Shown piece by piece: positions 20,758 to 31,401 of a DNA stretch of 64,000 nt. The stretch comes from an uncultured Fidelibacterota bacterium. Lineage in GTDB: Bacteria > Fidelibacterota > Marinisomatia > Marinisomatales > Marinisomataceae. The first letter of the stretch is position 1. Each line of letters opens with the position of its first letter. Location of the stretch: NCBI GenBank assembly GCA_902526795.1, contig CABZMF010000001.1, positions 720-64,719 on the forward strand, read 5' to 3'. The notes under the pieces were generated by a model. That model was not told the origin of the DNA. It made no database searches and was given only the letters and a program-made list of their open reading frames with translations. Position numbers and translations under genes: made by a program.

Positions 20758-23087
20758 TGTTTGATAAAATTGCTAGTTGGGACATAATTGATTTATCTTC
20801 TAACTCAGACGCAGAAATCGCAAACACGCTTAAAGAGTTAAATATTCCGCTTAGTGTTGGTGAGGCAAAAAAAATTCAATTCTCATTTCTTAATAGACCG
20901 CCTACATTAACGGAATTAGTCTTGTTTTCAATTCAAGGATCAGAACATAGTTCATACAAAAGTAGTAAAAATCATATAAAACATTTTTTGACAGATGGTA
21001 AACATGTAATCCTCGGTGCTAAAGATGATGCTGGAGTCATTTCTTTATCTGTTGATAATAACGGAAACAGGTATGGTCTTGTAGTAAGCCATGAATCACA
21101 CAATCACCCCAGTCAAATTGTTCCATATGAAGGAGCTGCTACTGGGGTTGGAGGAAATGTGAGGGATGTTTGTTGTATGGGAGCAGAAGTGGTGTCTTTG
21201 GGGGATAGTTTAAGATTTGGTGATATCAACAGAAATAAAACAAAATGGATTAGCGACGGTGTTGTATCGGGTATTGCAGGATATGGTAATCCGCTTGGCA
21301 TACCAAATGTTTGCGGCGATTTATATTTTGATAGAGAATATAATGAAAATTGTTTAGTAACTGTTTTAACAGCTGGAATTGTTAAAGAAAAAAGTGTAAT
21401 AAGATCGAAGGTGCCAGAAAACTCTAGTGATTATGATCTTATACTAGTTGGGAAGCCAACAGATAATAGCGGGTTTGGAGGAGCAAGTTTTGCATCATTG
21501 GAGCTTGAAGAAGAAAAAAAACAACAAAACAAGGGGGCTGTTCAGGAGCCTAATGCATTTCTTGAAAGACATATTCTTAAATCGACTTACGCCCTTTTTG
21601 ATTTTTTAGAAAAAAACAATCTAATTAACAAGGTAGGTTTCAAGGATTTAGGCGCCGGTGGTGTTGCGTGTGCAAGTATTGAGTTGGCAGATGCTGCTGG
21701 GTTAGGCGCTGAAGTTTGGGTTGACAAAATTCATACTAGCATGCCTGAGCTTGATGGTCACATGATATTATGTTCCGAAACCCAGGAGCGATTTATGTGG
21801 GCTTGTCCAAAAGATTTAACACAAACCATTTTAGACCATTATAACGTAGTTTTTGATCTCCCAAATGTTTCAGTGGGTGCACAGGCAAGTGTTGTAGGCA
21901 AGATTATAAATGAAAAGCATTATAGTGTCTATTATAAAAATAAAAAAATTGTAGATGGTCCAATCAAAAAAATTAATGAGGGATTTGTTTATGATCGCCC
22001 AATGTTGCAAAAAAATGTGCAAAAATCAAATGAAGTTTTACCAAAAAATATTGACTATGATGATTTAATATTAAAAATTTTATCTCATGAAAACGTGGCC
22101 TCGCGTGCAGTCATTTACGAGTCTTATGATAAAAATGTGCAAGGCAGGGTTGTTAATGAAAGAGGTAAAACAAATGCTGGCGTTGTTGCTCCTTTTGATT
22201 CTAAAAAATTTCCTGAAGAAATTAAAAATGATTGTTTTTCTGCTGCCCTTGCGCATAACCCTTCAATTGGTAAAGTTGACCCCTATGTTGTTGCACAATA
22301 TGCTATTATAGAAGCTTGTGCAAAAACTGTTTCCGTTGGAGCCTCTCCGCTTGCCCTTACTGACTGTTTATGTTTTGGGAATCCCGAAAAACCTAAACAA
22401 ATGTGGCAGTTTTCTCAAAGTTGTATTGCTATTAGAGAAACCTGCAATCTTTTACACTTCAACGAAACAAACAACCTGCCAATTGTAGCAGGAAACGTAA
22501 GTTTTTATAATCAAAGCGGAAATCAACCTATACCTGCAAGCCCAATGATAGGGTGTTTTGGAAAGCTTGTTAAAGATAGAGTGTTAATGAACGGCTTTAA
22601 ATCGATTGATAATAATCTTTATTTATTGGGCGAAACTCCCGCCTTCATTGGTGGAAGTATAGTAGCAAGTGTTTTGAAAATAAAAAACACAGAAATAAAA
22701 AAAATTGATGTAAAGAAATATGGTGAGATGCTAAACTGTGTTTTAAAAGCTAATTCATTGTCATTGATAAATTCTTGTAATTATGCCGGGCTTGGTGGTC
22801 TAGCAACTACTCTATTTAAAATGAGCTTTGTAAATGATATAGGTTGTGTCATCGAAGAAGATATAGATAAAGAATTATTATTTAGCGAAAATTTTTCACT
22901 AGTTGTTGAGGTGTCTGAAGAAAATTCTCCAACCTTTGAGGACATACTTAATAAAAATAAGTGTACCTTCAAGCGAATTGGCAAAACAAATAATTCCAAT
23001 AAGATTGTTGTAAAAAATTTCATAGACTTGGACGTAGCGCAAACAAAAAAAACATGGGAAAATGCACTTAGAAAGAAACTTCAATAA
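20757..23087 (+). CDS. purL: FGAM synthetase large subunit (small-type PurL)
   Basis: SEHSSYKSS, ESHNHPS..PYEGAATGVGG..RD, DLGAGG, SETQER, TDCLCFGNP, GNVSFYN. Confidence 0.95.
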
Positions 23088-24130
23088 TGAATAAAAAAAT
23101 AACTTATAAGGATGCCGGAGTTGACATTAAGAAAGCTGATGAAGCAATTGAAATGTCGAAAAAAGAAATTAATAGTACGTTTAGTAAAGATGTTTTGTCT
23201 TCAATTGGTGGCTTTGGATCAATGTATTCACTTAAGAATATTTTTAACAACTTTAAAGACCCAGTTCTAGTTCAAAGTGTTGATGGTGTTGGAACAAAAA
23301 TGTCTGTTGCTATGGCAGCAAACAACTTCCGATTTATTGGTCATGACTTGGTAAATGCATGTTGTAATGATGTAGCTGCAACCGGGGCCATGCCTTTTAC
23401 TTTTTTAGATTATGTAGCTGGCAGCGATCTTGATAAAAATATAGTTTCGGAAGTAATTAAAAGTGTTGCGCACGAATGTAAGGTACATGGTGTTTCTTTG
23501 GTTGGTGGTGAAACTGCTGAAATGCCTGGAACATACCACAAGAATGAGTATGATTTGGTTGGAGTGGCTACTGGGATTGTTGAAAAAAGAAATATTATTG
23601 ATGGAAAAAATGTAAAAGCGGGAGATGTTGCTATCGGCGTTTTTTCTAACGGTCTTCATACCAATGGTTACTCTCTAGCTAGAAAGCTTATTTTTGAAAC
23701 TATGGGTCTTACAACGTCTGATATTTTGCCAAAACACAGCATAACAGTTGAAGACTGTTTATTAGCTCCACACACAAATTATAGTTCTTTAATAACACGT
23801 ATTAATGATGCCGGAATTAATATTAAAGGTGTTTCCCATATTACGGGGGGTGGTTTGATTGATAATGTACCACGAGCCATTCCAGGAGATTTTTCTTTAG
23901 AAATAGATACCACCTCTTGGAATAAAATACCAATATTTGACTTCTTACAAAACAATCTAGATATTGGTACAAAAGATTTGTACCAAACTTTTAATATGGG
24001 TATCGGGCTCGTGCTCATTGTAGATGAGTCAAAAAAAGAAGAGTTGATTTCTTTTATAGGCAGAGAAAGTTGTAATAAAATTGGTGTTGTTGTAGATGAT
24101 AAAGATAATGTGGTACACCTTTATGGATAA
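23087..24130 (+). CDS. purM: AIR synthetase
   Basis: YKDAGVDI, DGVGTK, GGETAEMPG, SNGLHTNGYSL, HITGGG, FNMGIG. Confidence 0.97.
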   Translation: MNKKITYKDAGVDIKKADEAIEMSKKEINSTFSKDVLSSIGGFGSMYSLKNIFNNFKDPVLVQSVDGVGTKMSVAMAANNFRFIGHDLVNACCNDVAATGAMPFTFLDYVAGSDLDKNIVSEVIKSVAHECKVHGVSLVGGETAEMPGTYHKNEYDLVGVATGIVEKRNIIDGKNVKAGDVAIGVFSNGLHTNGYSLARKLIFETMGLTTSDILPKHSITVEDCLLAPHTNYSSLITRINDAGINIKGVSHITGGGLIDNVPRAIPGDFSLEIDTTSWNKIPIFDFLQNNLDIGTKDLYQTFNMGIGLVLIVDESKKEELISFIGRESCNKIGVVVDDKDNVVHLYG

Positions 24131-25373
24131 AAAGAAAATAGCGTATATTCAGTTTCCAGGCTCTAATACTGAAAATGAAACAAAAAATATTTTACAAAAA
24201 CACGGCATGTTACCGTTTGGACATTTTTGGAACGATGCACCAGAACTACTAAACAGTTGCGGTGGCTTTATCATTTTGGGTGGATTCTCTTTTGAAGACA
24301 GGTCCAGATCAGGAATTATTGCATCACTTGAACCGGTTGTTGGTGAGCTAAAAAAACAAGCTGTGCTTGGTAAGCCTATTTTGGGCATTTGTAACGGAGC
24401 ACAAATTTTGGTTGAGTCAGGCCTTGTTCCAGGTAACCAAGATTTTCAAACTTTGGTCTCTTTAACTGACAACAAGAGAATGATCGGTGATCGTATTGTT
24501 GGAACTGGCTATTACAATAAATGGTGTTATATAAAGCCGTGCGAAAATACAAACTCAGCTTTTGTTAAAAAAGGTGGGAGCCCAATGCACGTTCCTATTG
24601 CACACGCAGAAGGTCGGTTTTTATTTAATAAGGATCTTGAAGACGAAATATTAAAAAACAACTTAATAACTTATAAATATTGTGACGCAGGAGGGAATCT
24701 TTCTAATGACTTTCCAACCAATCCAAATGGCTCGCTTCATAGTACGGCGGCTTTAAGCAACCCCAATGGTAACGTAATGGCAATAATGCCCCACCCCGAA
24801 CGAACACTTGGAAATGAAGCTGACGATCTTTTTAATAGTATGAGAAACTATATTGAGTCTGATGATCACTACAGCTTCAAGTCTTTAAATTTTTCATCAA
24901 AAAAAATAAATATTAAAAAATTTACAAGACCCGCTAAACAAAATGAAATCCTTGTGTCTACAATTATTGCAGACAATGAGGCCGCGTCAGTCGAGAAGTG
25001 CATTAATAGTTTAGGTGTGAAAGCAAGGGTGAAAAAATATCTACACTTTGAAGTTGATGCAAACGACGATTTTGATATTAACACAATTGTCTCAACCGAT
25101 GTACTGTTTAATCCAAGCAAAGAATACATTACTAATTTGGAAGAAGGCTCTGATTTATACAGATTCTTAGTTCGAAGCAAGGATGATATAGTTGGTCAAA
25201 GCCTCTCTCAAACTTTGCAAGACCGTTTCAGTTTATCAGGATTAAAGTCAATTAAAAAGAGTGTTGTTTGGGAAGTTAAAATTAATTCAGCTAGAGCAAA
25301 AAAAGACGTGGATTTAATATTAAATAGTCATATTTTTTCTAATCCAATTTCACAGGAGTGTCATGAATATTGA
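24123..25373 (+). CDS. purQ: PurQ glutaminase fused to two C-terminal PurS-like repeats
   Basis: Start reassigned to ATG 24123. FPGSN, GGFSFED, GICNGAQIL, AHAEG, NPNGS and MPHPER motifs, then about 170 extra residues with LFNPSKEY and IFSNPISQE endings. Confidence 0.9.
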   Translation: MDKKKIAYIQFPGSNTENETKNILQKHGMLPFGHFWNDAPELLNSCGGFIILGGFSFEDRSRSGIIASLEPVVGELKKQAVLGKPILGICNGAQILVESGLVPGNQDFQTLVSLTDNKRMIGDRIVGTGYYNKWCYIKPCENTNSAFVKKGGSPMHVPIAHAEGRFLFNKDLEDEILKNNLITYKYCDAGGNLSNDFPTNPNGSLHSTAALSNPNGNVMAIMPHPERTLGNEADDLFNSMRNYIESDDHYSFKSLNFSSKKINIKKFTRPAKQNEILVSTIIADNEAASVEKCINSLGVKARVKKYLHFEVDANDDFDINTIVSTDVLFNPSKEYITNLEEGSDLYRFLVRSKDDIVGQSLSQTLQDRFSLSGLKSIKKSVVWEVKINSARAKKDVDLILNSHIFSNPISQECHEY

Positions 25374-26337
25374 CAAAAAATATTATCAGGAAATAAAAGA
25401 AAACCTGACTAATACTATTCAGGATACCAATATTGGCGCCCCTAACAAAAAAATTGGTAAGGTTAGGGATGCTTATTTTCTTAATGACAAAGTAGTGATG
25501 GTTTCTACTGACAGACAAAGCGCTTTTGATCGTGTTTTGGCTGCAATTCCATATAAAGGCGCTGTTTTAAATTCCGTTAGTGCATGGTGGTTTAAAAAAA
25601 CTGAGCACTTATTCCCGAATCATCTTATTTCTACTCCTGATCCAAATGTATCAATTGTGGAAAAGTGTGATGTCTTTCCTATTGAGTTTGTTGTGAGGGG
25701 CTATATTACGGGGACTACTGATACTTCTTTGTGGACTGTCTATAACAATGGAGATCGAGAATATTGTGGGAACCTCCTTCCTGAGGGGTTAAAGAAAAAT
25801 GATAAGCTTGACAAGCCTATGTTGACACCAACAACTAAAGACAAAGTCCATGACCGTCCTGTTTCTAGGGAAGAAATTATTGATCTTGGGTTAATGTCTG
25901 CGAAAAATTACGATCTAGCTGCTAAAATGAGTCTAGACCTTTTTGCTTTTGGGCAAGAAACTGCAAAGAGTAATGGTTTGATTTTAGTTGATACTAAATA
26001 CGAAATCGGTACAGATTCAAATGGAAACATTAAATTTGTGGACGAAATACATACACCCGATAGTAGCAGATTTTGGATTAGCGATTCATATAAGGAAAGA
26101 ATTAATTCAGGTCAAGAACCAGAAAATATAGATAAAGAATTTTTAAGGTTGTGGTTTGCAAAAAACTGTGATCCTTATAATGACGAAGTTTTACCTGATG
26201 CTCCCGACGATCTCGTTGCTGAGCTTTCTGCTAGATATATTTTATTATACGAACTAATTACTGGTGAAAAATTTATATTTCCAAATCTCGACGATATAAA
26301 CAAACGTATTACTGAAAACATAAAGGAACTATTATGA
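25363..26337 (+). CDS. purC: SAICAR synthetase (long type)
   Basis: GKVRD, TDRQSAFD, PIEFVVRGY.TG, TPTTK, LVDTKYE.G, DEIHTPDSSRFW, DKEFLR. Confidence 0.96.
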   Translation: MNIDKKYYQEIKENLTNTIQDTNIGAPNKKIGKVRDAYFLNDKVVMVSTDRQSAFDRVLAAIPYKGAVLNSVSAWWFKKTEHLFPNHLISTPDPNVSIVEKCDVFPIEFVVRGYITGTTDTSLWTVYNNGDREYCGNLLPEGLKKNDKLDKPMLTPTTKDKVHDRPVSREEIIDLGLMSAKNYDLAAKMSLDLFAFGQETAKSNGLILVDTKYEIGTDSNGNIKFVDEIHTPDSSRFWISDSYKERINSGQEPENIDKEFLRLWFAKNCDPYNDEVLPDAPDDLVAELSARYILLYELITGEKFIFPNLDDINKRITENIKELL

Positions 26338-26729
26338 AAGCTATATTAATAATGGGATCAACCTCTGATCAGTCACACGCAGACAAAATTACCAGCACAC
26401 TAGACACTCTTGGAATTGGACATGAGGTTCATGCTGCTTCTGCTCATAAAAACCCTGAAAAGGTTTTAGAAATTATAAGATCTTTTGGTGAGAACGATGC
26501 TGTTGTATTTGTTACGATAGCTGGAAGGTCAAATGCTCTTTCTGGTTTTGTAGGTGCAAACTGTAATAAACCAACTATAGCTTGCCCCCCTTTCAAAGAC
26601 AAGGTTGATATGAGCATTAATATCCACTCAACGCTTCAAATGCCAAGCAAAACTCCTGTACTCACTGTTTTAGACCCCGGTAATTGTGCTATTGCGGTAC
26701 ACAGAATATTAAACATCGGCTCAATGTGA
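26334..26729 (+). CDS. purE: AIR carboxylase, class II-type PurE
   Basis: MGSTSD, SAHK, AGRSNAL and IACPP motifs. Confidence 0.9.
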   Translation: MKAILIMGSTSDQSHADKITSTLDTLGIGHEVHAASAHKNPEKVLEIIRSFGENDAVVFVTIAGRSNALSGFVGANCNKPTIACPPFKDKVDMSINIHSTLQMPSKTPVLTVLDPGNCAIAVHRILNIGSM

Positions 26730-28075
26730 ATAATATTTCTCCAATCGACGGGAGATATAAAGAAAACGTCTCTGAGTTAGAAAGATATTTTTCAGAACAG
26801 GCATTAATGCGTCACCGCGTAATGGTTGAAGTAGAATACCTGTTGTCTCTGATTGAACACAAATCTCTTATAAAAAAACGATCTTTAAGTAAAAAAACCT
26901 TATCATCGCTAAGGGATCTATTCGTTGAGTTTTCAGAAAAAGATTTCAAACAAATAAAAAAAATTGAGTTAAAAACTAATCACGATGTAAATGCTGTTGT
27001 GGTTTTTATATCAGAAAAACTAGAAAAATTAGGTCGTAAGGATTTGATGCCACTTATCCACTTTGGTCTAACCTCAGAAGATATTAACAACATAGCATAC
27101 TCCTTAATGACAAAAGGCGCCACAAAAAACATAATGCTTCCAGCAATAGAAAATGTTCTAAAAGAGCTAAAGAAACTAGCAAAAAGAACAAAATCGCTGC
27201 CTATGTTGTCCTTAACCCACGGACAGCCTGCCACCACCACAACTCTAGGAAAAGAGCTCGCTGTTTTTATATCGAGAGTAGAAAGGGAGCTTGTTTTGAT
27301 AAAGAAAATCAACTTGTTGGCAAAATTTTCTGGAGCAACGGGTTCTTATGCAGCTCATAAGATTGCTTTCCCTAAAGTTAGCTGGTCAGTCTTTTCGAAA
27401 AAATTCATTAAACAACTTGGCTTGGAACAGTCGCCGATTACCACACAGGTTGAGCCCGGAGACTCTCTTGCTGGGCTTTTACATTCGTTTGTAAGAATTA
27501 ATAATATTTTTTCTGACTTTTCCCTAGATATGTGGCTATATATAAGTAGAAATATTTTTGTCCAAAAAAATGTGTCTGGGGAGGTTGGTTCAAGCACCAT
27601 GCCCCATAAAATCAATCCAATATTTTTTGAAAATGCTGAGGGCAACCTGGATGTTGCTAATAATAATTTTTCTTTTCTGGCTTCAAGAATTACAAAATCT
27701 AGGCTTCAAAGGGATTTAAGCAGTAGCACGGTTTTTAGAAACTTGGGTGTTGGGTTTGCACACTCTCTTCTATCGTACAAAAATCTTATTAAGGGTATTT
27801 TAAGGGTGTCTCCAAATGAAAAACAACTAAAAAAAGAGTTGGACGAAAATTGGAGCGTTCTTGCTGAGGCAATACAAACAATTTTGAGGAAGTCTGGCGA
27901 TATTAATGCTTATGATAAAATCAAAAAATTGACTAGAGGAAAACCTTTAACAAAAAAACTATATTTACAAATTGTAAACGATCTTAAAGCATCAAAGGAA
28001 GATAAAGAGATGCTTCTTCAGTTGACCCCACACACGTATTTAGGCGAAATAGACAAAATTTTGGAGAATCTGTAA
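26726..28075 (+). CDS. purB: Adenylosuccinate lyase
   Basis: Start reassigned to GTG 26726. ISPIDGRY, NHDV, HFGLTSEDINN, THGQPA, SSTMPHKINP, SRLQRDL motifs. Confidence 0.96.
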   Translation: MNNISPIDGRYKENVSELERYFSEQALMRHRVMVEVEYLLSLIEHKSLIKKRSLSKKTLSSLRDLFVEFSEKDFKQIKKIELKTNHDVNAVVVFISEKLEKLGRKDLMPLIHFGLTSEDINNIAYSLMTKGATKNIMLPAIENVLKELKKLAKRTKSLPMLSLTHGQPATTTTLGKELAVFISRVERELVLIKKINLLAKFSGATGSYAAHKIAFPKVSWSVFSKKFIKQLGLEQSPITTQVEPGDSLAGLLHSFVRINNIFSDFSLDMWLYISRNIFVQKNVSGEVGSSTMPHKINPIFFENAEGNLDVANNNFSFLASRITKSRLQRDLSSSTVFRNLGVGFAHSLLSYKNLIKGILRVSPNEKQLKKELDENWSVLAEAIQTILRKSGDINAYDKIKKLTRGKPLTKKLYLQIVNDLKASKEDKEMLLQLTPHTYLGEIDKILENL

Positions 28076-28076
28076 G

Positions 28077-29528
28077 ATGTGTGGAGTAATAGGTCTTTAC
28101 CATCCAACAGAAAATGTTTCTGGCGAAATTTATGATGCCCTAATACAAGTACAGCATAGGGGGCAAGATGCTGCAGGTATTGCAACCTGGAACAACAAAA
28201 AACTTCATCTTCATAAAGAGCTTGGTGTTGTAACTGAGGTTTTTAAAACAAACGAATCTCTTAATCTGGATGGCAACATTGGTATAGGTCATGTAAGGTA
28301 TCCTACCGCCGGCTGCTCAGATGTTTCAGAAGCACAACCATTTCACACCTCTGTTCCTGTAGATATTTGCCTTGCCCATAACGGAACACTTACCAATAGT
28401 GAGGAGATGAAGAAATTTCTATTGGATACTCGCTTTTGTCAATTTAATACTCAGTCAGACTCTGAGGTGTTGTTGGGTCTTTTTACATATGAGCTTTCTA
28501 AAATAAAATTTAATGTATTAAATAATAAACATGTTTTTCAGGCACTTAAAGAGGTGTACAAAAGATGTGAGGGTGGTTTTGCTGTAACCATGATCATTGG
28601 AGGTGTTGGTTTGGTTGCTTATAGAGATGCGAACGGGATTAGACCTCTTGTGGTTGGTAAAAAAGATGATGGATCTTTTATGGTCGCATCAGAAAGCTCT
28701 GCTCTTAGTGCTCTCGGCTACGAATTTGAATATGATGTTAATCCTGGTGGTGCTATCGTTATTTCAGAAAAGGGTGTTGTTGAAAAGAGTGTTTGTTCTG
28801 ACTCGATATCACACTCTCCTTGCCTTTTTGAGTTTGTATACTTTTCTCGTCCTGACTCTGTCATAGACTCTATATCAGTCCATAAGTCTAGATTAAGGAT
28901 GGGCGATTTTCTTGGCACAAAAATTCTTAAACATTATGCACACCTTAACATAGATGCTGTAATTCCAGTTCCAGACACGAGCAGAACATCAGCGATGCAA
29001 GTAGCATACAAACTTGGTGTTAAATATAGGGAGGGGTTTATTAAAAATAGATATATTGGAAGGACGTTTATTATGCCTGGGCAAAGCATAAGGAAAAGAT
29101 CTGTTGCTCATAAACTTAGTCCAATTGAAATTGAGTTCAAAAATAAAAACATTTTATTGGTCGATGATTCAATAGTTCGTGGAAACACATCAAAAAAAAT
29201 TATTGAGATGGTTAGAAAACAAGGTGCAAAAAAGGTTTATTTTGCCTCGGCTGCTCCCCCCGTAAGACACCAAAATGTTTATGGAATAGATATGCCCGCA
29301 ACAAAAGAGCTTGTTGCGCATGGAAAAACTGTTGAACAAGTTAAATCGTTCATTGGAGCAGATGAACTTGTTTATCAAGACATTGAAGACTTGCGAATGG
29401 CTGCACATTTAGGAAATCCAAAGATAACACATTTTGAAGACTCGGTTTTCACTGGTGAGTATTGTGCCGGAAAAATTTCTGAAGAATACCTGTCCCAATT
29501 AGAAAACAACAGATCCTCTCAAGAATGA
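28077..29528 (+). CDS. purF: Amidophosphoribosyltransferase
   Basis: N-terminal MCG, QHRGQDAAG, GHVRYPT, HNG, VDDSIVRG, YGIDMP. Confidence 0.97.
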   Translation: MCGVIGLYHPTENVSGEIYDALIQVQHRGQDAAGIATWNNKKLHLHKELGVVTEVFKTNESLNLDGNIGIGHVRYPTAGCSDVSEAQPFHTSVPVDICLAHNGTLTNSEEMKKFLLDTRFCQFNTQSDSEVLLGLFTYELSKIKFNVLNNKHVFQALKEVYKRCEGGFAVTMIIGGVGLVAYRDANGIRPLVVGKKDDGSFMVASESSALSALGYEFEYDVNPGGAIVISEKGVVEKSVCSDSISHSPCLFEFVYFSRPDSVIDSISVHKSRLRMGDFLGTKILKHYAHLNIDAVIPVPDTSRTSAMQVAYKLGVKYREGFIKNRYIGRTFIMPGQSIRKRSVAHKLSPIEIEFKNKNILLVDDSIVRGNTSKKIIEMVRKQGAKKVYFASAAPPVRHQNVYGIDMPATKELVAHGKTVEQVKSFIGADELVYQDIEDLRMAAHLGNPKITHFEDSVFTGEYCAGKISEEYLSQLENNRSSQE

Positions 29529-30832
29529 AAAAGGTTTTAGTTTTGGGGTCTGGTGCAAGGGAGGTTGCAATAACTAGAAGTGTTTCACAAAGCTCAATCA
29601 AAAATGCTATTTTTTGTATTTCAAAAGATATTAACCCTCAAATTAATGATATTTGTGAAGACTATCATGTCTGTGATATTAGTGATATTGGCAATGTTGT
29701 CTCTTATAGCAAAGAAAAAGAAATTGATTTGGTAATAGTTGGTCCGGAAAACCCCCTAGCTAGTGGGGTTGTAAATGCTCTTGAACGCGCTGGTGTTAAG
29801 TGTGTTGGGCCCAAAAAAGAGGTTGCAATGATTGAAACAAGCAAATCTTTTGCAAGGATGATTGTTGATCTTTGTTGTCCAGAAAAAAACCCACAAAGGA
29901 AAGAGTTCGTTTCAATCGGTGGGGTAAAAAATTTCATGGAGATTCTTGGGGGAGAATATGTTATTAAGTTTGATGGTCTAATGGGTGGAAAAGGTGTGCG
30001 CGTTTCTGGTGAACACCTCAAGAATATTAACGAAGGTCTTAATTATGCCAATGAAATAGTAAGTGGTGGTGGAAAGTTTTTAGTAGAAGAAAAGCTTATT
30101 GGTGAAGAGTTTTCTTTAATGAGCTTTGTTGATGGTAAGACCTGTAAACACATGCCAGTTGTACAAGACCACAAGAGGGCGTTTGATGGAGATACAGGAC
30201 CAAACACCGGGGGGATGGGCACTTACTCTTTTGGAAACCACTCTCTTCCATTTCTAACCAAAGAAGATATTTTAGAGGCTCAAAAAACTAATGAGCTTGT
30301 TGCTAAACAGCTTTTAAAACACACAGGCTCACCATATGTTGGTGTATTGTACGGGGGCTTTATGTTAACTAAAAACGGTGTCAAGGTAATTGAATATAAC
30401 GCTAGGTTTGGAGATCCAGAGGCCATGAACGTGTTGTCCATACTAAAATCGGACTTTCTGTCTATTTGTATTTCTTTGATTGAAGGAAAACTTGAGAAAG
30501 AGGAGGTTTTGTTTGATGAGCTGGCTACTGTTTGTAAATATGTAGTGCCTGTAGGATATCCCAATAATCCTGCGAAAGGGTTTGAGGTTTTTTGTGATCA
30601 GAATGATCCATCTTTGTTTCTAGCGTCTGTAATGTTAAAGAATCAAAAACTGTTAGCATGTGGGTCTAGAACAGCCGCTGTTATCGGAAAAAACAAAGAT
30701 ATATGGAAAGCTGAGGCTTTTTCAGAAGAAGGTGTATCAAACATTTCGGGAAAACTTTTTCACAGAAAAGACATCGGAACAAAAGATTTAATTGATTCTA
30801 GAGTTAAAAGAATGAAGGAATTGTTGGGTTGA
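29525..30832 (+). CDS. purD: Phosphoribosylamine-glycine ligase
   Basis: GSGARE, GPENPL, GGKGV, QDHKRAFDGDTGPNTGGMG, EYNARFGDPE. Confidence 0.96.
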   Translation: MKKVLVLGSGAREVAITRSVSQSSIKNAIFCISKDINPQINDICEDYHVCDISDIGNVVSYSKEKEIDLVIVGPENPLASGVVNALERAGVKCVGPKKEVAMIETSKSFARMIVDLCCPEKNPQRKEFVSIGGVKNFMEILGGEYVIKFDGLMGGKGVRVSGEHLKNINEGLNYANEIVSGGGKFLVEEKLIGEEFSLMSFVDGKTCKHMPVVQDHKRAFDGDTGPNTGGMGTYSFGNHSLPFLTKEDILEAQKTNELVAKQLLKHTGSPYVGVLYGGFMLTKNGVKVIEYNARFGDPEAMNVLSILKSDFLSICISLIEGKLEKEEVLFDELATVCKYVVPVGYPNNPAKGFEVFCDQNDPSLFLASVMLKNQKLLACGSRTAAVIGKNKDIWKAEAFSEEGVSNISGKLFHRKDIGTKDLIDSRVKRMKELLG

Positions 30833-31401
30833 GGTTGGCTATTTTAGGATCAACCAACGGTACTGACTTAGTACCCATTGTTGCAGCAATAGACAGTGGT
30901 GAATTGTTAGCAAGTGTTGAAGTTATAGTTTCCAATAATAAGTCGTCTGGTATTCTTAGAAAGGCCAAGAGCTATGGTATAGAAAACCATTTTATTTGTC
31001 ATAAAAACAAAAAACGTGGTGTATTTGATTTTGAAATTTCACAAATTTTAGAAAATAAAGAAATTGATTTAATTTTACTTATTGGATTTATGAGAATTCT
31101 TTCATCAGAGTTTGTAGGAAGGTGGCATGGAAAAATAATTAACGTCCACCCTTCTCTACTGCCAAAATATGCTGGTGGTATGAACAGTGGTGTTCACGAA
31201 AGCGTTTTGGCTGCGGGTGATAAAGAGAGCGGGTGTACAATTCATCTTGTAACCAAGGATGTTGATTGTGGTCCTATTTTATTACAGAAATCGTGTCCTG
31301 TTTATGAAAACGACACTGTCGAATCTCTTAAAGAAAGGGTTCAAAAGCTTGAGGGGGAATCTTTTATTGAGGTAATTAATAACTGGAGGAGTTATGAATA
31401 A
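30829..31401 (+). CDS. purN: GAR formyltransferase
   Basis: GFMRILS, INVHPSLLP, SGCTIH, D.GPI..Q. Confidence 0.95.
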   Translation: MRLAILGSTNGTDLVPIVAAIDSGELLASVEVIVSNNKSSGILRKAKSYGIENHFICHKNKKRGVFDFEISQILENKEIDLILLIGFMRILSSEFVGRWHGKIINVHPSLLPKYAGGMNSGVHESVLAAGDKESGCTIHLVTKDVDCGPILLQKSCPVYENDTVESLKERVQKLEGESFIEVINNWRSYE

